Positions 10,801-20,035 of a stretch of DNA of 64,000 bases are shown here, piece after piece (positions within the stretch are counted from its first letter, which is position 1; the number at the start of each line of letters is the position of its first letter). A program made the position numbers and the translations under genes. The DNA is taken from assembly GCA_018674495.1 (NCBI GenBank), contig JABHAA010000152.1, positions 198-64,197 of the forward strand, written 5' to 3'. The DNA is from Rhodospirillaceae bacterium (lineage in GTDB: Bacteria; Pseudomonadota; Alphaproteobacteria; Rhodospirillales; UBA2165). The notes below the pieces were generated by a model. It ran no database searches, was not told the DNA's origin, and was given only the letters and a program-made list of their open reading frames with translations.

Positions 10801-11584
10801 AATCCTCGGCACCCAGGGCGCAGTTGAAACCGGCGACCAAAGGTTTGGCGTGCGCGATGGAAATCCAGAACGCTTCCGGCGTCTGCCCCGACAGGGTACG
10901 GCCCGAGGCATCGGTGATAGTGCCCGAAATCATCATCGGAACCGGCCGGCCGAGGCTCTCTTCAAGGCTCAGCGTCGCATAGATCGCCGCCTTGGCGTTG
11001 AGCGTATCGAACACGGTTTCGATCATGATCAGATCGGCGCCGCCGGCGAGTAATCCGGCGGCGGCCTCAGCGTAGGCGGCGGCCAATTCATCGAAGCTGG
11101 TGTTGCGAAAACCTGGATCGTTGACGTCGGGGGATATGGAGGCGGTGCGGTTGGTCGGGCCCATGACGCCGGCAACGAATTTTGGCCGCGCCGGATCTTT
11201 TTCGGTCATTGCATCGGCGGCGGCGCGGGCGATGGCGGCGCCTTCGCGGTTGATTTCGTGGATCAGGTCTTGCGTGCCGTAATCGGCCTGGGCGATCGAT
11301 GTGGCGTTGAAGGTGTTGGTTTCTACGATATCGGCGCCGGCTTCGAAATATTCTAGGTGCAGCCCGGTCACCAGATCGGGCTGGGTAAGGTTCAAGATAT
11401 CGGCGTTGCCTTTAAGATCGAAGCCGTGATTCTGGAAGCGGGGTCCTCGGTAATCGCCCTCGTCCAGTTTTTGCGTCTGGATCATGGTGCCGGTGGCGCC
11501 GTCGAGGATCAAGATGCGCTCTGCCATCGCTGCGCGAAGGGCGTCGATGCGCTTGGCGGCGGCGGTATCATCGTGGCTGTTCAT
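7865..11584 (-). CDS. metH: Cobalamin-dependent methionine synthase
   Basis: About 1239 aa from the ATG at 11584 ([17 protein letters not shown]). Carries Hcy S-methyltransferase, pterin-binding, B12-binding (GDVHDIGKN) and AdoMet-reactivation modules in the canonical order. Confidence 0.95.
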   Translation of the reverse strand: MNSHDDTAAAKRIDALRAAMAERILILDGATGTMIQTQKLDEGDYRGPRFQNHGFDLKGNADILNLTQPDLVTGLHLEYFEAGADIVETNTFNATSIAQADYGTQDLIHEINREGAAIARAAADAMTEKDPARPKFVAGVMGPTNRTASISPDVNDPGFRNTSFDELAAAYAEAAAGLLAGGADLIMIETVFDTLNAKAAIYATLSLEESLGRPVPMMISGTITDASGRTLSGQTPEAFWISIAHAKPLVAGFNCALGAEDLRPHCQALSRAADTFVSVHPNAGLPNAFGEYDETPEEMAATIRSFADEGLINIAGGCCGTTPDHVRALAAALDGVAPRVIPTPAEGSLLSGLEALHLDDVTGFVNVGERTNVAGSARFNKLISEGDYEAALDIARAQVNGGAQVVDVNMDEAMLDSEAAMGRFLKLIASEPDIARVPMMIDSSKFSVIETGLKCIQGKCIVNSISLKEGEDAFRAHARQVMKFGAAAVVMAFDEDGQADNLERMKEISTRSYRILTEEVGFPARDIIFDPNVFPVATGIEEHRGFAADFIAAVAYIKENLPGVRVSGGISNVSFSFRGNNALREAMHAVFLYHAVAAGLDMGIVNAGQLTIYADIEPELLERIEDVILNRREDATERLLEVADTAKGRGPGAAADLAWRDGDIQDRITHALVNGITEFIVEDTEEARLAAVRPIDVVEQTLMAGMNVVGDLFGSGQMFLPQVVKSARVMKQAVSHLLPFIEADKTTETLAKAKILMATVKGDVHDIGKNIVSVVLQCNNYDIVDLGVMVPYEKILEAAVAEKVDAIGLSGLITPSLEEMTHVASEMKRAGLDIPLLIGGATTSKAHTAVKIAPAYSGPTVYVTDASRAVGVVGRLLNAETRGSLVAETEADYAEVRRRHEGRATAQRLHDIEGARAESNTLDWDEIADAPTFLGVRSLREVDLGDLVPRIDWTPFFRTWELTGNYPAILHDDRQGEAARGLFEDAGAMLERITGEGWLHADAAFGFFPANSVGDDIEIYTDASRRKVRMTLPFLRQQMIKRDGGINHCLADFVAPKETGRQDFIGLFAVTTGHGIEAKRADFLAHHNDYGDIMLQALADRLAEAFAERLHERVRKTYWGYAPDEDLSNRDVIKESYQGIRPAPGYPACPDHSLKPLLFELLDAHSNARIELTESFAMLPAASVSGFYFAHPGASYFGLGRVGKDQIADYAKRRGVTLAQAETWLAPNLSYEPEDKSSS

Positions 11585-11588
11585 AGCT

Positions 11589-12518
11589 CTAACCTTTCCC
11601 GCCCTTGACCGCTGGCCAGACAACCACCGTCAGGGCGCCGCCGGCCAGACGCACCGGCGGCTGTTCTGTTAATCCGGCAGCTTTGAGCCAGCCGCTCATG
11701 CCGGCTTGATCGAAGCCTAATCGCTGGTGGCGGTAAACATCGCGCAATTCCTGATGGTCGTGGCGAGCGAAATCGGCCACCACGACGCACCCGCCCGGCT
11801 TGAGTACCCGCGCCGCCTCGGCCAGCACGGCGCCCGGATCATCTGCATGATGGAGCACCTGATGGATCACGGCGGCATCGAAGGCGCCGCCGTCGAAGGG
11901 CAGCCGATACATGTCCGCATGGCGGACACTGCAATTATCCAGCCGATCCAGCTTGGCGCGCGCGATGGTTAGCATTTCGTGGGAACTATCGATACCGATG
12001 GCCTCTGTCATATTGAGGCTCAGGATTTCCAGCATGCGGCCGGTGCCGGTGCCGATATCGATCAAGCGGCCCCGCGGCGTGCCGGCGAGCGCCGTCTGGA
12101 TCGCCTTTTCAACCCCATGATCGCCCATATAGAGGCTACGGATGTGGTCCCATTCGCCGGCAACTTCTTGAAAATATTGATCGGCGCTACGCCTGCGGGC
12201 CAACTTGACCGCGTCCAGCCGTTCCAGATCGTGGGCAATAACCGGGTCCCCATCGGGAAGCAACGCCAACAGGTGATTCGCCGAGCTGCGCGCCTGCATG
12301 CCGCTTGCCTGGCGATAATAGGCCCAATTGCCCTCGCTTAGCCGTTCCAGAAAACCGGCGTCGCACAATATCTTTAAATGCCGGGAGACCCGTGGCTGGC
12401 TTTGGTTGAGAATTTGCACAAGCTCGCTCACCGTGAACTCGCCCTTGGCGCACAAGGCCAGCAATCTCAGCCGGCTCGGATCCGCCGCCGCCCGCAATTG
12501 AACCATCAAACTATCCAT
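11589..12518 (-). CDS. sahR: ArsR-family HTH fused to a class I SAM-methyltransferase-fold sensor domain (SahR-type regulator of methionine metabolism)
   Basis: N-terminal ArsR wHTH ([24 protein letters not shown]) and a C-terminal MTase fold ([22 protein letters not shown]). It stops 4 nt before the metH start. Confidence 0.65.
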   Translation of the reverse strand: MDSLMVQLRAAADPSRLRLLALCAKGEFTVSELVQILNQSQPRVSRHLKILCDAGFLERLSEGNWAYYRQASGMQARSSANHLLALLPDGDPVIAHDLERLDAVKLARRRSADQYFQEVAGEWDHIRSLYMGDHGVEKAIQTALAGTPRGRLIDIGTGTGRMLEILSLNMTEAIGIDSSHEMLTIARAKLDRLDNCSVRHADMYRLPFDGGAFDAAVIHQVLHHADDPGAVLAEAARVLKPGGCVVVADFARHDHQELRDVYRHQRLGFDQAGMSGWLKAAGLTEQPPVRLAGGALTVVVWPAVKGGKG

Positions 12519-12565
12519 AATAGGAAAATAGGGATGAAACCCAATTATTTAAAGCAATTATTTTA

Positions 12566-12607
12566 TTAACATAACCATATAATGATTTCTTTATATGATT
12601 ATGTTAA
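12566..12607. promoter_or_regulatory. 17-8-17 AT-rich inverted repeat; candidate operator for the sahR-metH operon
   Basis: TTAACATAACCATATAA-tgatttct-TTATATGATTATGTTAA, with 16 of 17 arm positions complementary. It lies 48-89 nt upstream of the sahR start. Confidence 0.45.
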
Positions 12608-12995
12608 TATTTTAGCATCCGGCTTGAGGGCTTCGTAAGGAAATGGCGCAACAGACGCCGCGTCCATAGCCAGGAGCGATTGTTGCAATAATACAACAAA
12701 TAATAATTTCGACATCACTAAGTCCCTTCACCTTACTGGTAATTCCGGGAAGCGTATGTATATTCAAAAGGCGGATTTATTCCGTCAGGTAACCCAACCG
12801 GGAGCGAACGCCCTTCGTCCATTGATATTTGTGAACAACAGAGAAATTTTCAGCCGCCCAATTTGATGCGGCGCTCTGTTGCGAATTCAATTGGGGCGAG
12901 GGAACTTTGCAATTCGATCCGACCGGGAAACCGCTTCGGCGTCACGGGAAGACTGGACTTTGTCTGAACGGGCGATAAAAAAATAAGAGGTCGGT

Positions 12996-13832
12996 ATGTG
13001 GGTAGATAAGGGTTTCAAGAGATGGGCGAGGATCAGCGTGTTGGTGCTGTCGATGTTCGTGCTCGCCAATTGCGCAAGCGCGCCGGAGAACGATCCGGAA
13101 GCATTGGCCGAATACAACACCATCAATGATCCGGTCGAGCCGGCCAACCGGGGCATCTTTGAATTCAATATGTTCTTGGACCGCGCCTTGTTCCGCCCGG
13201 TGACCGCCCTCTACCGCACCATCGCGCCGGAGACGTTGCGCGAATTTATCCACAATTTCTTGCAGAATTTGCGCACCCCGGTGATCCTCGCCAACGATCT
13301 GTTGCAGGGCGAGCCTTCGCGCGGCGGCACCACCACCATGCGCTTCTTAATCAACTCCACCATCGGCGTAGTCGGCTTTGGCGACCCGGCCACCTCCATG
13401 GGGTTCGAGCAGCATGACGAAGATTTCGGCCAGACCCTGGCGGTTTGGGGCGCCGGCGAAGGCCCCTATTTTATGATCCCCATTTTTGGCCCGTCCAATC
13501 CCCGCGACGCGGTCGGCAAGGTCGTCGATTTCTTCCTCGATCCGATCAATTGGTGGGCCGGCAAGGAAGGCCTGGATTCGGTGCTTTGGGGCCGCACGGT
13601 CATGTCCGGCATCGATACCCGCGATCAATTGTGGGACGTGCTGGATGATCTGGAAAAATCCTCAATCGATTTCTACGCCTCCATCCGCAGCCTCTACAGG
13701 CAACGCCGCAACGACGAAATTACCAATGGCGAGAGTTTGGACGACAAACCGCCGCCAGGCTTCTCCGGAGATTTTGAAATCGCCGATCCTGATCAGGATC
13801 CCGATCAGGATCTGAGCCAAACGAAACTATAA
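12996..13832 (+). CDS. mlaA: MlaA/VacJ-family outer-membrane lipoprotein
   Basis: Lipobox (VLANC), the signature INDPVEPANRGIFEFNMFLD, and an AAGAGG SD upstream. The C-terminus is acidic, with PDQDPDQD. Confidence 0.85.
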   Translation: MWVDKGFKRWARISVLVLSMFVLANCASAPENDPEALAEYNTINDPVEPANRGIFEFNMFLDRALFRPVTALYRTIAPETLREFIHNFLQNLRTPVILANDLLQGEPSRGGTTTMRFLINSTIGVVGFGDPATSMGFEQHDEDFGQTLAVWGAGEGPYFMIPIFGPSNPRDAVGKVVDFFLDPINWWAGKEGLDSVLWGRTVMSGIDTRDQLWDVLDDLEKSSIDFYASIRSLYRQRRNDEITNGESLDDKPPPGFSGDFEIADPDQDPDQDLSQTKL

Positions 13833-13846
13833 TAGGTGCGGACCCT

Positions 13847-14482
13847 ATGCGGATAACGCGCGGCGCCATTAGTTTAACCGTTTTTCTGTTTTTTATCGTA
13901 TCGACGCCTGGCCTTTCGCAAGCCGCCGGCGATGAGTTTGCGGACGGTGCCCATCAGTTCATCCAAACCCTCGCCGACCGGGCGGTGAACTCGCTGGCCG
14001 GCGACAAGAATTCGAGCGCCGAACAGCAAAAACGATTTCGCAAACTATTAAACGATAATTTCGATGTGCGCTTGCTGGGCAAATGGGCACTCGGCCGTCA
14101 TTGGCGCAAAGCCACCAAGATTGAGCGGGCCGAATACCTCGCCCAGTTCGAGGAATTCCTAATCGCCACCTATTCCAAGCGGTTCCGGCAATTGACCACG
14201 GAAAAAATTAATGTTGCCAGCGCTACGAGCCGCAGCTCGAGGCTGGCCATCGTGCATTCCCGGCTGATGCGGGAATCGAATAAGCCGGTGCGCATCGATT
14301 GGCGCGTCGCTTATCCCCGGGGGAAGTACAAGATCGTCGACATCATTGTCGAGGGCATTTCCATGCTGCAGACCCAGCGGTCCGAGTTCGGCTCGGTAAT
14401 CCGCCAGAACGGCGGCAAGGTATCGGGCCTGACCGCGGCGCTCCACGATAAAACCGAGAGCCTCAAAAAGCGCAGAAAATAG
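13847..14482 (+). CDS. mlaC: MlaC/Ttg2D-family periplasmic phospholipid-binding protein
   Basis: Signal peptide, and a size and pattern (FIQTLADRAV...FDVRLLGKWALGRHWRKAT...F...Y) typical of the toluene-tolerance Ttg2D family. It sits adjacent to mlaA. Confidence 0.7.
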   Translation: MRITRGAISLTVFLFFIVSTPGLSQAAGDEFADGAHQFIQTLADRAVNSLAGDKNSSAEQQKRFRKLLNDNFDVRLLGKWALGRHWRKATKIERAEYLAQFEEFLIATYSKRFRQLTTEKINVASATSRSSRLAIVHSRLMRESNKPVRIDWRVAYPRGKYKIVDIIVEGISMLQTQRSEFGSVIRQNGGKVSGLTAALHDKTESLKKRRK

Positions 14483-14534
14483 CGCGCCGATTTCTCTCTA
14501 GGATATATGAAGCCCGTGTCACTTTTACCCCCGC

Positions 14535-16217
14535 CTAGGTGCGGGTGAGGGGCCGGTATTTTATGCGGTGTGGTCGCTCGGCGTCGGCGCCCAGGCGGCG
14601 CTTGCGGTCGGCTTCGTAATCATCGTAATTGCCCTCGAACCAGATGACGTTGCTGTCACCTTCGAAGGCGATGATATGGGTGGCAATACGGTTCAGGAAC
14701 CAGCGGTCATGGCTGATCACCACGGCACAGCCAGGGAAAGCCAGCAAAGCTTCTTCGAGGGCGCGCAAGGTGTCGACATCCAGATCGTTGGTCGGCTCAT
14801 CCAGCAGGATCACGTTGGCGCCGGATTTTAAAACCTTGGCCAAATGCACTCGGTTACGCTCGCCGCCCGATAGCTGGCCGACCTTCTTTTGCTGGTCCGG
14901 GCCGCGAAAGTTGAACTGGGAGACATAGGCGCGGCTTTGCATGGTACGGGTGCCGAGATCGATCTCGTCGAGCCCTTCGGAGATTTCCTCCCACACGGTT
15001 TTATCCGCATCCAGCGCGTCCCGCGACTGATCCACATAGCCGAGCATCACCGTCTCGCCGATGCGGATGGTGCCGGTGTCGGGGGACTCCTGGCCGTTAA
15101 TTATACGGAACAGTGTGGTTTTGCCGGCGCCGTTGGCGCCGATGACGCCGACGATGGCGCCCGGCGGTATCTTGAAATCCAGATTCTCAATAAGCAACTG
15201 ATCGCCAAAGGCCTTGCCAATCTCGCCGGCCTCGATCACCAGATTGCCGAGGCGCGGGCCCGCCGGCACGACGATCTGCGCCGAGCCGGGCGTATTGTCG
15301 GCGGAGGCCGATTGCAATTCTTCAAAGGCGGTGATGCGCGCCCGGCTTTTGGTCTGGCGGGCGCGCGGCGAGGCACGGATCCAATCCAATTCGTTGGCCA
15401 GCGTGCGCTGGCGCGCCTCTTCGGATTTTTCTTCCTGGGCCAGGCGTTTCGACTTTTGCTCCAGCCAGCCCGAATAATTGCCTTCGTAAGGTATGCCCCG
15501 GCCCCGGTCCAATTCCAAAATCCACCCTGCAACATTGTCCAGAAAATAGCGGTCATGGGTGACGGCGACGACGGAGCCCGGATAATCGTGCAGATGCCGC
15601 TCCAGCCAGGCCACCGATTCAGCGTCCAGATGGTTGGTAGGCTCGTCGAGCAGCAACAGATCGGGCTTTTGCAGCAAGAGCCGGCACAAGGCGACGCGCC
15701 GGCGCTCGCCGCCGGACAACTTCTCGACGCTGGCGTCACCGGGCGGACAGCGCAGCGCATCCATGGCGATCTCGACGGTGCGCTCGATCTCCCAGCCATT
15801 GGCGGCATCGATCTTTTCCTGCAGCTCGCCCTGCTCTTCCAGCAAAGCGTTCATCTCGTCGTCGTCCAAGGGCTCGGCGAACTTGTTGCTGACCTCGTTG
15901 AAGCGGTCGAGCAGATCCTTGATCTCGCCAACACCTTCCATGACGTTGCCGGCAACGTCCTTGTCCGGGTCCAGCTCCGGCTCTTGCGGCAAAAAGCCAA
16001 CCGTGGCGCCCTCGGCGGACCAGGCCTCGCCGGTGAAATCGGTTTCGATGCCGGCCATGATGCGCAAAAGCGTCGACTTGCCGGCGCCGTTCAGGCCGAG
16101 CACGCCGATCTTGGCGTCGGGATAGAATGACAGAGAGATATCTTTGAACAATTCGCGCCCGCCCGGATAGGTTTTTCCAAGCTGCTGCATCGTATAAATA
16201 TATTGGTAGGAGGCCAT
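14535..16217 (-). CDS. ettA: Energy-dependent translational throttle protein EttA (ABC-F ATPase)
   Basis: 560 aa with two ABC cassettes (GLNGAGKST / [17 protein letters not shown] / LSGGERNR). The N-terminus [31 protein letters not shown] is characteristic of EttA. Confidence 0.9.
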   Translation of the reverse strand: MASYQYIYTMQQLGKTYPGGRELFKDISLSFYPDAKIGVLGLNGAGKSTLLRIMAGIETDFTGEAWSAEGATVGFLPQEPELDPDKDVAGNVMEGVGEIKDLLDRFNEVSNKFAEPLDDDEMNALLEEQGELQEKIDAANGWEIERTVEIAMDALRCPPGDASVEKLSGGERRRVALCRLLLQKPDLLLLDEPTNHLDAESVAWLERHLHDYPGSVVAVTHDRYFLDNVAGWILELDRGRGIPYEGNYSGWLEQKSKRLAQEEKSEEARQRTLANELDWIRASPRARQTKSRARITAFEELQSASADNTPGSAQIVVPAGPRLGNLVIEAGEIGKAFGDQLLIENLDFKIPPGAIVGVIGANGAGKTTLFRIINGQESPDTGTIRIGETVMLGYVDQSRDALDADKTVWEEISEGLDEIDLGTRTMQSRAYVSQFNFRGPDQQKKVGQLSGGERNRVHLAKVLKSGANVILLDEPTNDLDVDTLRALEEALLAFPGCAVVISHDRWFLNRIATHIIAFEGDSNVIWFEGNYDDYEADRKRRLGADAERPHRIKYRPLTRT

Positions 16218-16359
16218 GCGTTCCGATTCTCAAGTGTTTGGTGGATTGGGTGCGTTATGTAGCCCAGCGTCCGCCATCGCGCAATCACCGTCGCGGCCGA
16301 TTTTACCCGGCGCGCCCAAATGCTACACTCGGGCGAAGCTTATATGTCCAAGACGCCAA

Positions 16360-16368
16360 GGGGGGGGG
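16360..16368 (+). repeat. G9 homopolymer tract in the 5' region of the membrane-protein gene
   Basis: Read directly as ccaagggggggggcggg, 25 nt upstream of the ATG at 16393. Confidence 0.9.
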
Positions 16369-16392
16369 CGGGCGATCCTTACACAGAATCTC

Positions 16393-18294
16393 ATGCTGGC
16401 GCTCAGCGCCGCCGCATTCGGCATCTATATCCTCTATGTCAGCGCCGCCCAGGTGCGCCGTCTGGGTAGCGCCGAGGGCTGGCTCTACCCCGCCGAGCCG
16501 GTCATCAAGGCCGGCTTCGGGCTCGGCGCGGCGGCCGCCCTTTATGGCGTCATGGCACTGTTCGTGATCCCCTGGATGGCGCGCGAAAGCGGACTGGCGG
16601 CGCTCTATATGGGCTTGACCGCGATTACCGCGCCGATGCTTAGCTTCGCCCTCGGCAAGCGTTTCTGGATCGCCAAGGAACGGCTCGGCGCCCGCCGCCC
16701 GGCGGATATGCTGCGCGGCTATTTCGGGCGCGGGCTCAGCCCCACCATCTGGGCGCTGGCGTCCCTATGCGTCTATCTGCCGCTGTTGGCGCTGGCCATG
16801 ACCCTGGCGGGCAATTTCGCCTCCGCCATGACGGATGGCGCCATCAACCGGGAATTGGGGGCCGTCCTATTCGCGCTTTTGCTGGCCCTCGGCACGGCGC
16901 CCGCCGGGCTGGCCGCCGGCGCCGCCATGGGCCGCGTGCATGGCATTATTATTATCGCCGGCATCGCCGCCATCGCCGCCATCATGCTTAGCGCCCTTGG
17001 CGGCAGCAGCGGATTGGCGGCAGCGCTGGCCGAATTGCCAAACTTGCGGCCCTGGGGTTCCACCGGGGGGCGGGGCGGCGGGGCATTCAGCCAGGCCTAT
17101 GCGGTGGCCGGCTTTTTGCGACCGTTTTCCGGGCTGACCATGGCCGCAGGCCAGGGGGTGCTGTGGACCGGCGCGCTCGTATTTTCCGTGGCCGCCGCCT
17201 TCGCCGGACTGTTGTTCCTGTTATCGTTGCCCTGGCTGTTCGCCAATCCCGATCCCCGCCTTTTGCGCCGTCATAGCCTTGGACCGGCGGGCTTGTGGAT
17301 GGGATTGGCACTATTTGCAGCCGCGGCGGTTCTCGGCATCGGCGGATTGGTTTTAAACGCGCCAGGCACAGCGCCCCATGGCGTCGCCGAGACCGCCGGC
17401 GCATTTACCAGCGCGCCGGTCAGCAATGCCCTAGCCGCACTGGCCGGCGGCAACGGCTGGAAGGGATCGATCATCGCGCTCACCGGGCTGGCGGCCCTGC
17501 ACGCCTTCGCCGCCAATCTGGTGCTTGGGCTGGTCGCAACTTTAAGCGGGTTTTGGACGCGGCGCACCGCCAAGCCCGGCGGCGATCAGCGCGAATTGGG
17601 GTTCAACCGCATCGCCGCCCTGACCGCTATCGCTGGTGCCTTGTTGATCTCCCTCGCCAATCCTGGCGATCTGCCCCATTGGGGCGGGCTGGCCATGGCC
17701 GCCGGTCTGCAATTATGCGTGCCGTTCGCCGCCATCTGCTGGTGGCCGGCCTTGTCAGGGCGGGCGGCGAGCCTGGGGCTGATCGCCGGGCTGGTGACGG
17801 TGCTGGCGGTAACACCCTTGGGGCACGGTCTGTTTGTGGCCCTTGCCGGTGCAACCTGGCCTGTCTGGCCGCTCGGTTTGCATCCGGCGCTTTGGGGTCT
17901 TGGCATCAATCTGGCAGTCTGTTTCCTGATCACGCTTGTGGCGCCGGACAGGCAAGGCCGTTCGGCCCGGGATGGGTTTCACCGGCAAATTTTGGAGCTT
18001 GGGACCAATCCGGAGCAAGCGGACGCGCGCACCGGCGGCGCCTGGTTTCTGGCGGCTTTGTGGATTTTCTTCGCTCTCGGCCCGGGAACGGTGATCGGCA
18101 ATGATATTTTCGGCAATCCCGGCCTCGCGCCATCGGAGTGGGATTTCGGCGTGCCCTCGATCCTCGCCTGGCAGCTTCTGGCCTGGATTTCGGGATTGGC
18201 GCTGCTGGTCTATTTGAGCCGCCGTACCGGATTGGCGCAATTTAACGCCAAAAACATCGAGGCCATAAAAAACGCCGGCCGCACCAGTATATAA
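16393..18294 (+). CDS. Large polytopic membrane protein of unknown function (faint sodium:solute-symporter-like character)
   Basis: About 633 aa from the ATG at 16393. Extremely Ala/Gly/Leu-rich, with at least 12 hydrophobic segments. The track ORF starts at 16216, but that extension is not membrane-like. No diagnostic motif recognised. Confidence 0.6.
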   Translation: MLALSAAAFGIYILYVSAAQVRRLGSAEGWLYPAEPVIKAGFGLGAAAALYGVMALFVIPWMARESGLAALYMGLTAITAPMLSFALGKRFWIAKERLGARRPADMLRGYFGRGLSPTIWALASLCVYLPLLALAMTLAGNFASAMTDGAINRELGAVLFALLLALGTAPAGLAAGAAMGRVHGIIIIAGIAAIAAIMLSALGGSSGLAAALAELPNLRPWGSTGGRGGGAFSQAYAVAGFLRPFSGLTMAAGQGVLWTGALVFSVAAAFAGLLFLLSLPWLFANPDPRLLRRHSLGPAGLWMGLALFAAAAVLGIGGLVLNAPGTAPHGVAETAGAFTSAPVSNALAALAGGNGWKGSIIALTGLAALHAFAANLVLGLVATLSGFWTRRTAKPGGDQRELGFNRIAALTAIAGALLISLANPGDLPHWGGLAMAAGLQLCVPFAAICWWPALSGRAASLGLIAGLVTVLAVTPLGHGLFVALAGATWPVWPLGLHPALWGLGINLAVCFLITLVAPDRQGRSARDGFHRQILELGTNPEQADARTGGAWFLAALWIFFALGPGTVIGNDIFGNPGLAPSEWDFGVPSILAWQLLAWISGLALLVYLSRRTGLAQFNAKNIEAIKNAGRTSI

Positions 18295-18350
18295 TTACCA
18301 GCGCGGCCAGCGTATTTCGAAAATCTTAGATCGACGGAAACCGGCGCCGG

Positions 18351-18662
18351 TTAGGCGACCCTGCGATGGCGATCGTTGGAGGCATCACCGGGTACTGGTG
18401 TCCATTTGGCAAGGCCGATGATCTCAGGCCCGCTGGCGGCGGACATTTGGGCGAAGTCATGATCGCTACCGGGCGCGGCCACATTGGCTTCTTGATTGCC
18501 GGCCAAGAGTTTGCGCAAACGGTTGCGGACGCGGCTCACAAATTCGGCAAGAGCGCGGCCCTGTTCCATGTGCGCCTGGGAACGGACGTGCTGGATATAC
18601 GCGGCGGTCGACATGGCGCCGGGCAGATCGAAATTATCGGTGTTGTTGTTTTCGGTCTTCAT
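18351..18662 (-). CDS. Hypothetical protein (103 aa)
   Basis: ORF with an AAGGA about 11 nt upstream of the ATG. No recognisable domain. Confidence 0.45.
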   Translation of the reverse strand: MKTENNNTDNFDLPGAMSTAAYIQHVRSQAHMEQGRALAEFVSRVRNRLRKLLAGNQEANVAAPGSDHDFAQMSAASGPEIIGLAKWTPVPGDASNDRHRRVA

Positions 18663-18776
18663 TTTATTTTATTCCTTAAATTGCGGCGCATTGATCGCCG
18701 GTCGTCTCATACGATGTTCGTTCCTTAACTATATAGTCCTATTGCCGGCATTTCGTTAGCCGGGCAAGCACATTTC

Positions 18777-18799
18777 AGACATGCAAAAAATGCATGTCT
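18777..18799. terminator. Perfect 9-bp stem / 5-nt loop hairpin; possible terminator between two minus-strand genes
   Basis: AGACATGCA-aaaaa-TGCATGTCT, followed on the + strand by attattatttta. It lies 85 nt downstream of the lipoprotein gene stop. Confidence 0.35.
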
Positions 18800-18883
18800 A
18801 TTATTATTTTATCGTTAATTCAAATAGTTACGAAGCTTCTTAAAATCGCTTCATTTGCGCCTGGCTGCGAAATTACCCCAAGA

Positions 18884-19399
18884 TCAGTAGGAATTGCTCT
18901 GCCGGTCCGGGATCATATGGAAGGCAAGGCCGTCGATCACCTCGGCCAGCAGGGGATCGGAGACGGATGCGGGCCGGGGCAAGGTGGCCCAGGCCTCGGC
19001 CCTAGCATGGCCAAAGCAAAAGATCATGCCGGCGCGCATTTTGGGTCCCTGATGGCTGGACTTCGCCTCCGACGGCGCTTTGCACAATTCGCTGGAGATG
19101 TCGGTCGCTTCGGGATCGAACACCAGCAAAATTTTGTCGGTCGTCGGAACGGTGACTTTGGTTGGGGCGAACGTGGTTTTCAGCCCGGAAAAATTGCTAT
19201 CCAGGGCGCGCACAAACATCGCTTCGATCTTACCCTGGTTACCGAGCAGGGGTTGCCCAAGAACCATCACCGCCAGGCGGCCGCTTTTGGTGGCGTAATT
19301 CAGATGGCTGCCAACATTGACGGACTGACCGCCGCTGGACGAATAGGTTACGCAGCCGGCCAGCAACAGACTAATAGCAATCACAATTATGCGCGGCAT
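18884..19399 (-). CDS. Hypothetical lipoprotein (171 aa)
   Basis: N-terminus MPRIIVIAISLLLAGC has a signal peptide and lipobox. No other motif recognised. Confidence 0.6.
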   Translation of the reverse strand: MPRIIVIAISLLLAGCVTYSSSGGQSVNVGSHLNYATKSGRLAVMVLGQPLLGNQGKIEAMFVRALDSNFSGLKTTFAPTKVTVPTTDKILLVFDPEATDISSELCKAPSEAKSSHQGPKMRAGMIFCFGHARAEAWATLPRPASVSDPLLAEVIDGLAFHMIPDRQSNSY

Positions 19400-19564
19400 G
19401 AATGGAGCTCCTCGTCTGGTGTTGGCGCTCGTACTCTAGCACTGCTTGGCGGGTCCGCAAATCGCGGGCCCGGCAGTTCGGATTTGACCATCGGGTTTTT
19501 AAGCGACACTCTTGGTGGTAATCCAAATCCACCCCAAAATGGCAACAGCGAAGGAAATTGGCCA

Positions 19565-19957
19565 ATGGAAATGCTGCAACCGCCCGGCTGGCCGCGCGCC
19601 AAAGGATACTCCAACGGCATCGCCGCCAAGGGAACTATGGTGTTTACCGCCGGCCTCGTCGGCTGGAACGAAAACGAAGAGTTCGAGACCGATGATTTCG
19701 GCGGCCAGGCCCGCCAGGCATTCACCAATATCGTCGCCGTGCTGGCCGAAGCCGGCGCTGGCCCGGAGCATATTGTGCGCATCACCTGGTATGTGGGCGA
19801 CAAGGCAGAATATCTCGGCGCCCTCAAAGATGTGGGCACCGCTTACCGGGACATCATCGGTCGCCACTACCCGGCGATGGCGGTGATCGAGGTCAAGGGC
19901 TTCGTCGAGGAAGGCGCCAAGATGGAAATGGAAGCTACCGCCGTCATACCGGACTAA
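19565..19957 (+). CDS. RidA/YjgF/UK114-family protein
   Basis: The ATG at 19565 gives 130 aa (KGYSNGIAAKGTMVFTAGLVG...ARQAFTNIVAVLAEAG...AMAVIEVKGF...MEMEATAV). The upstream part of the track ORF (18794-19564) is antisense to the lipoprotein gene. Confidence 0.85.
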   Translation: MEMLQPPGWPRAKGYSNGIAAKGTMVFTAGLVGWNENEEFETDDFGGQARQAFTNIVAVLAEAGAGPEHIVRITWYVGDKAEYLGALKDVGTAYRDIIGRHYPAMAVIEVKGFVEEGAKMEMEATAVIPD

Positions 19958-20035
19958 ACGGGAGAACGGAATATCACTGAAACTTCGGCGGCGGCGGAAG
20001 ACGAAGCCGGCATTCGCTTCTTCTCCAACCGCCAA

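Noticed and set aside
13781-13815. Tandem GATCC(T/C)GATCAG repeats with clustered GATC / TGATCA sites
   Set aside because: They lie inside the mlaA reading frame and simply encode the acidic PDQDPDQD tail. There is no evidence of an independent DNA-level function.
14889-16130. 413-aa + strand ORF opposite ettA. Similar shadows lie at 5364-6638 (opposite the GGDEF gene), 39511-40446 (opposite purB), 34322-35164, 30009-30749, 4038-5210, 48800-49849 and 60352-60954.
   Set aside because: All are mirror frames of confidently identified genes, with Arg/Gly/Ala-rich compositions and no motifs. I treat them as high-GC shadow ORFs.
16216-16392. 59-codon N-terminal extension of the membrane ORF
   Set aside because: It starts inside the ettA start region on the other strand, and the sequence is not signal- or TM-like. 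The starts at 16393 or 16344 (see the G9 finding) are more plausible.
18794-19564. N-terminal 257-aa extension of the RidA ORF in the track
   Set aside because: It is antisense to the lipoprotein gene and has a low-complexity composition. RidA-family proteins are about 130 aa, and an internal ATG at 19565 gives exactly that length.
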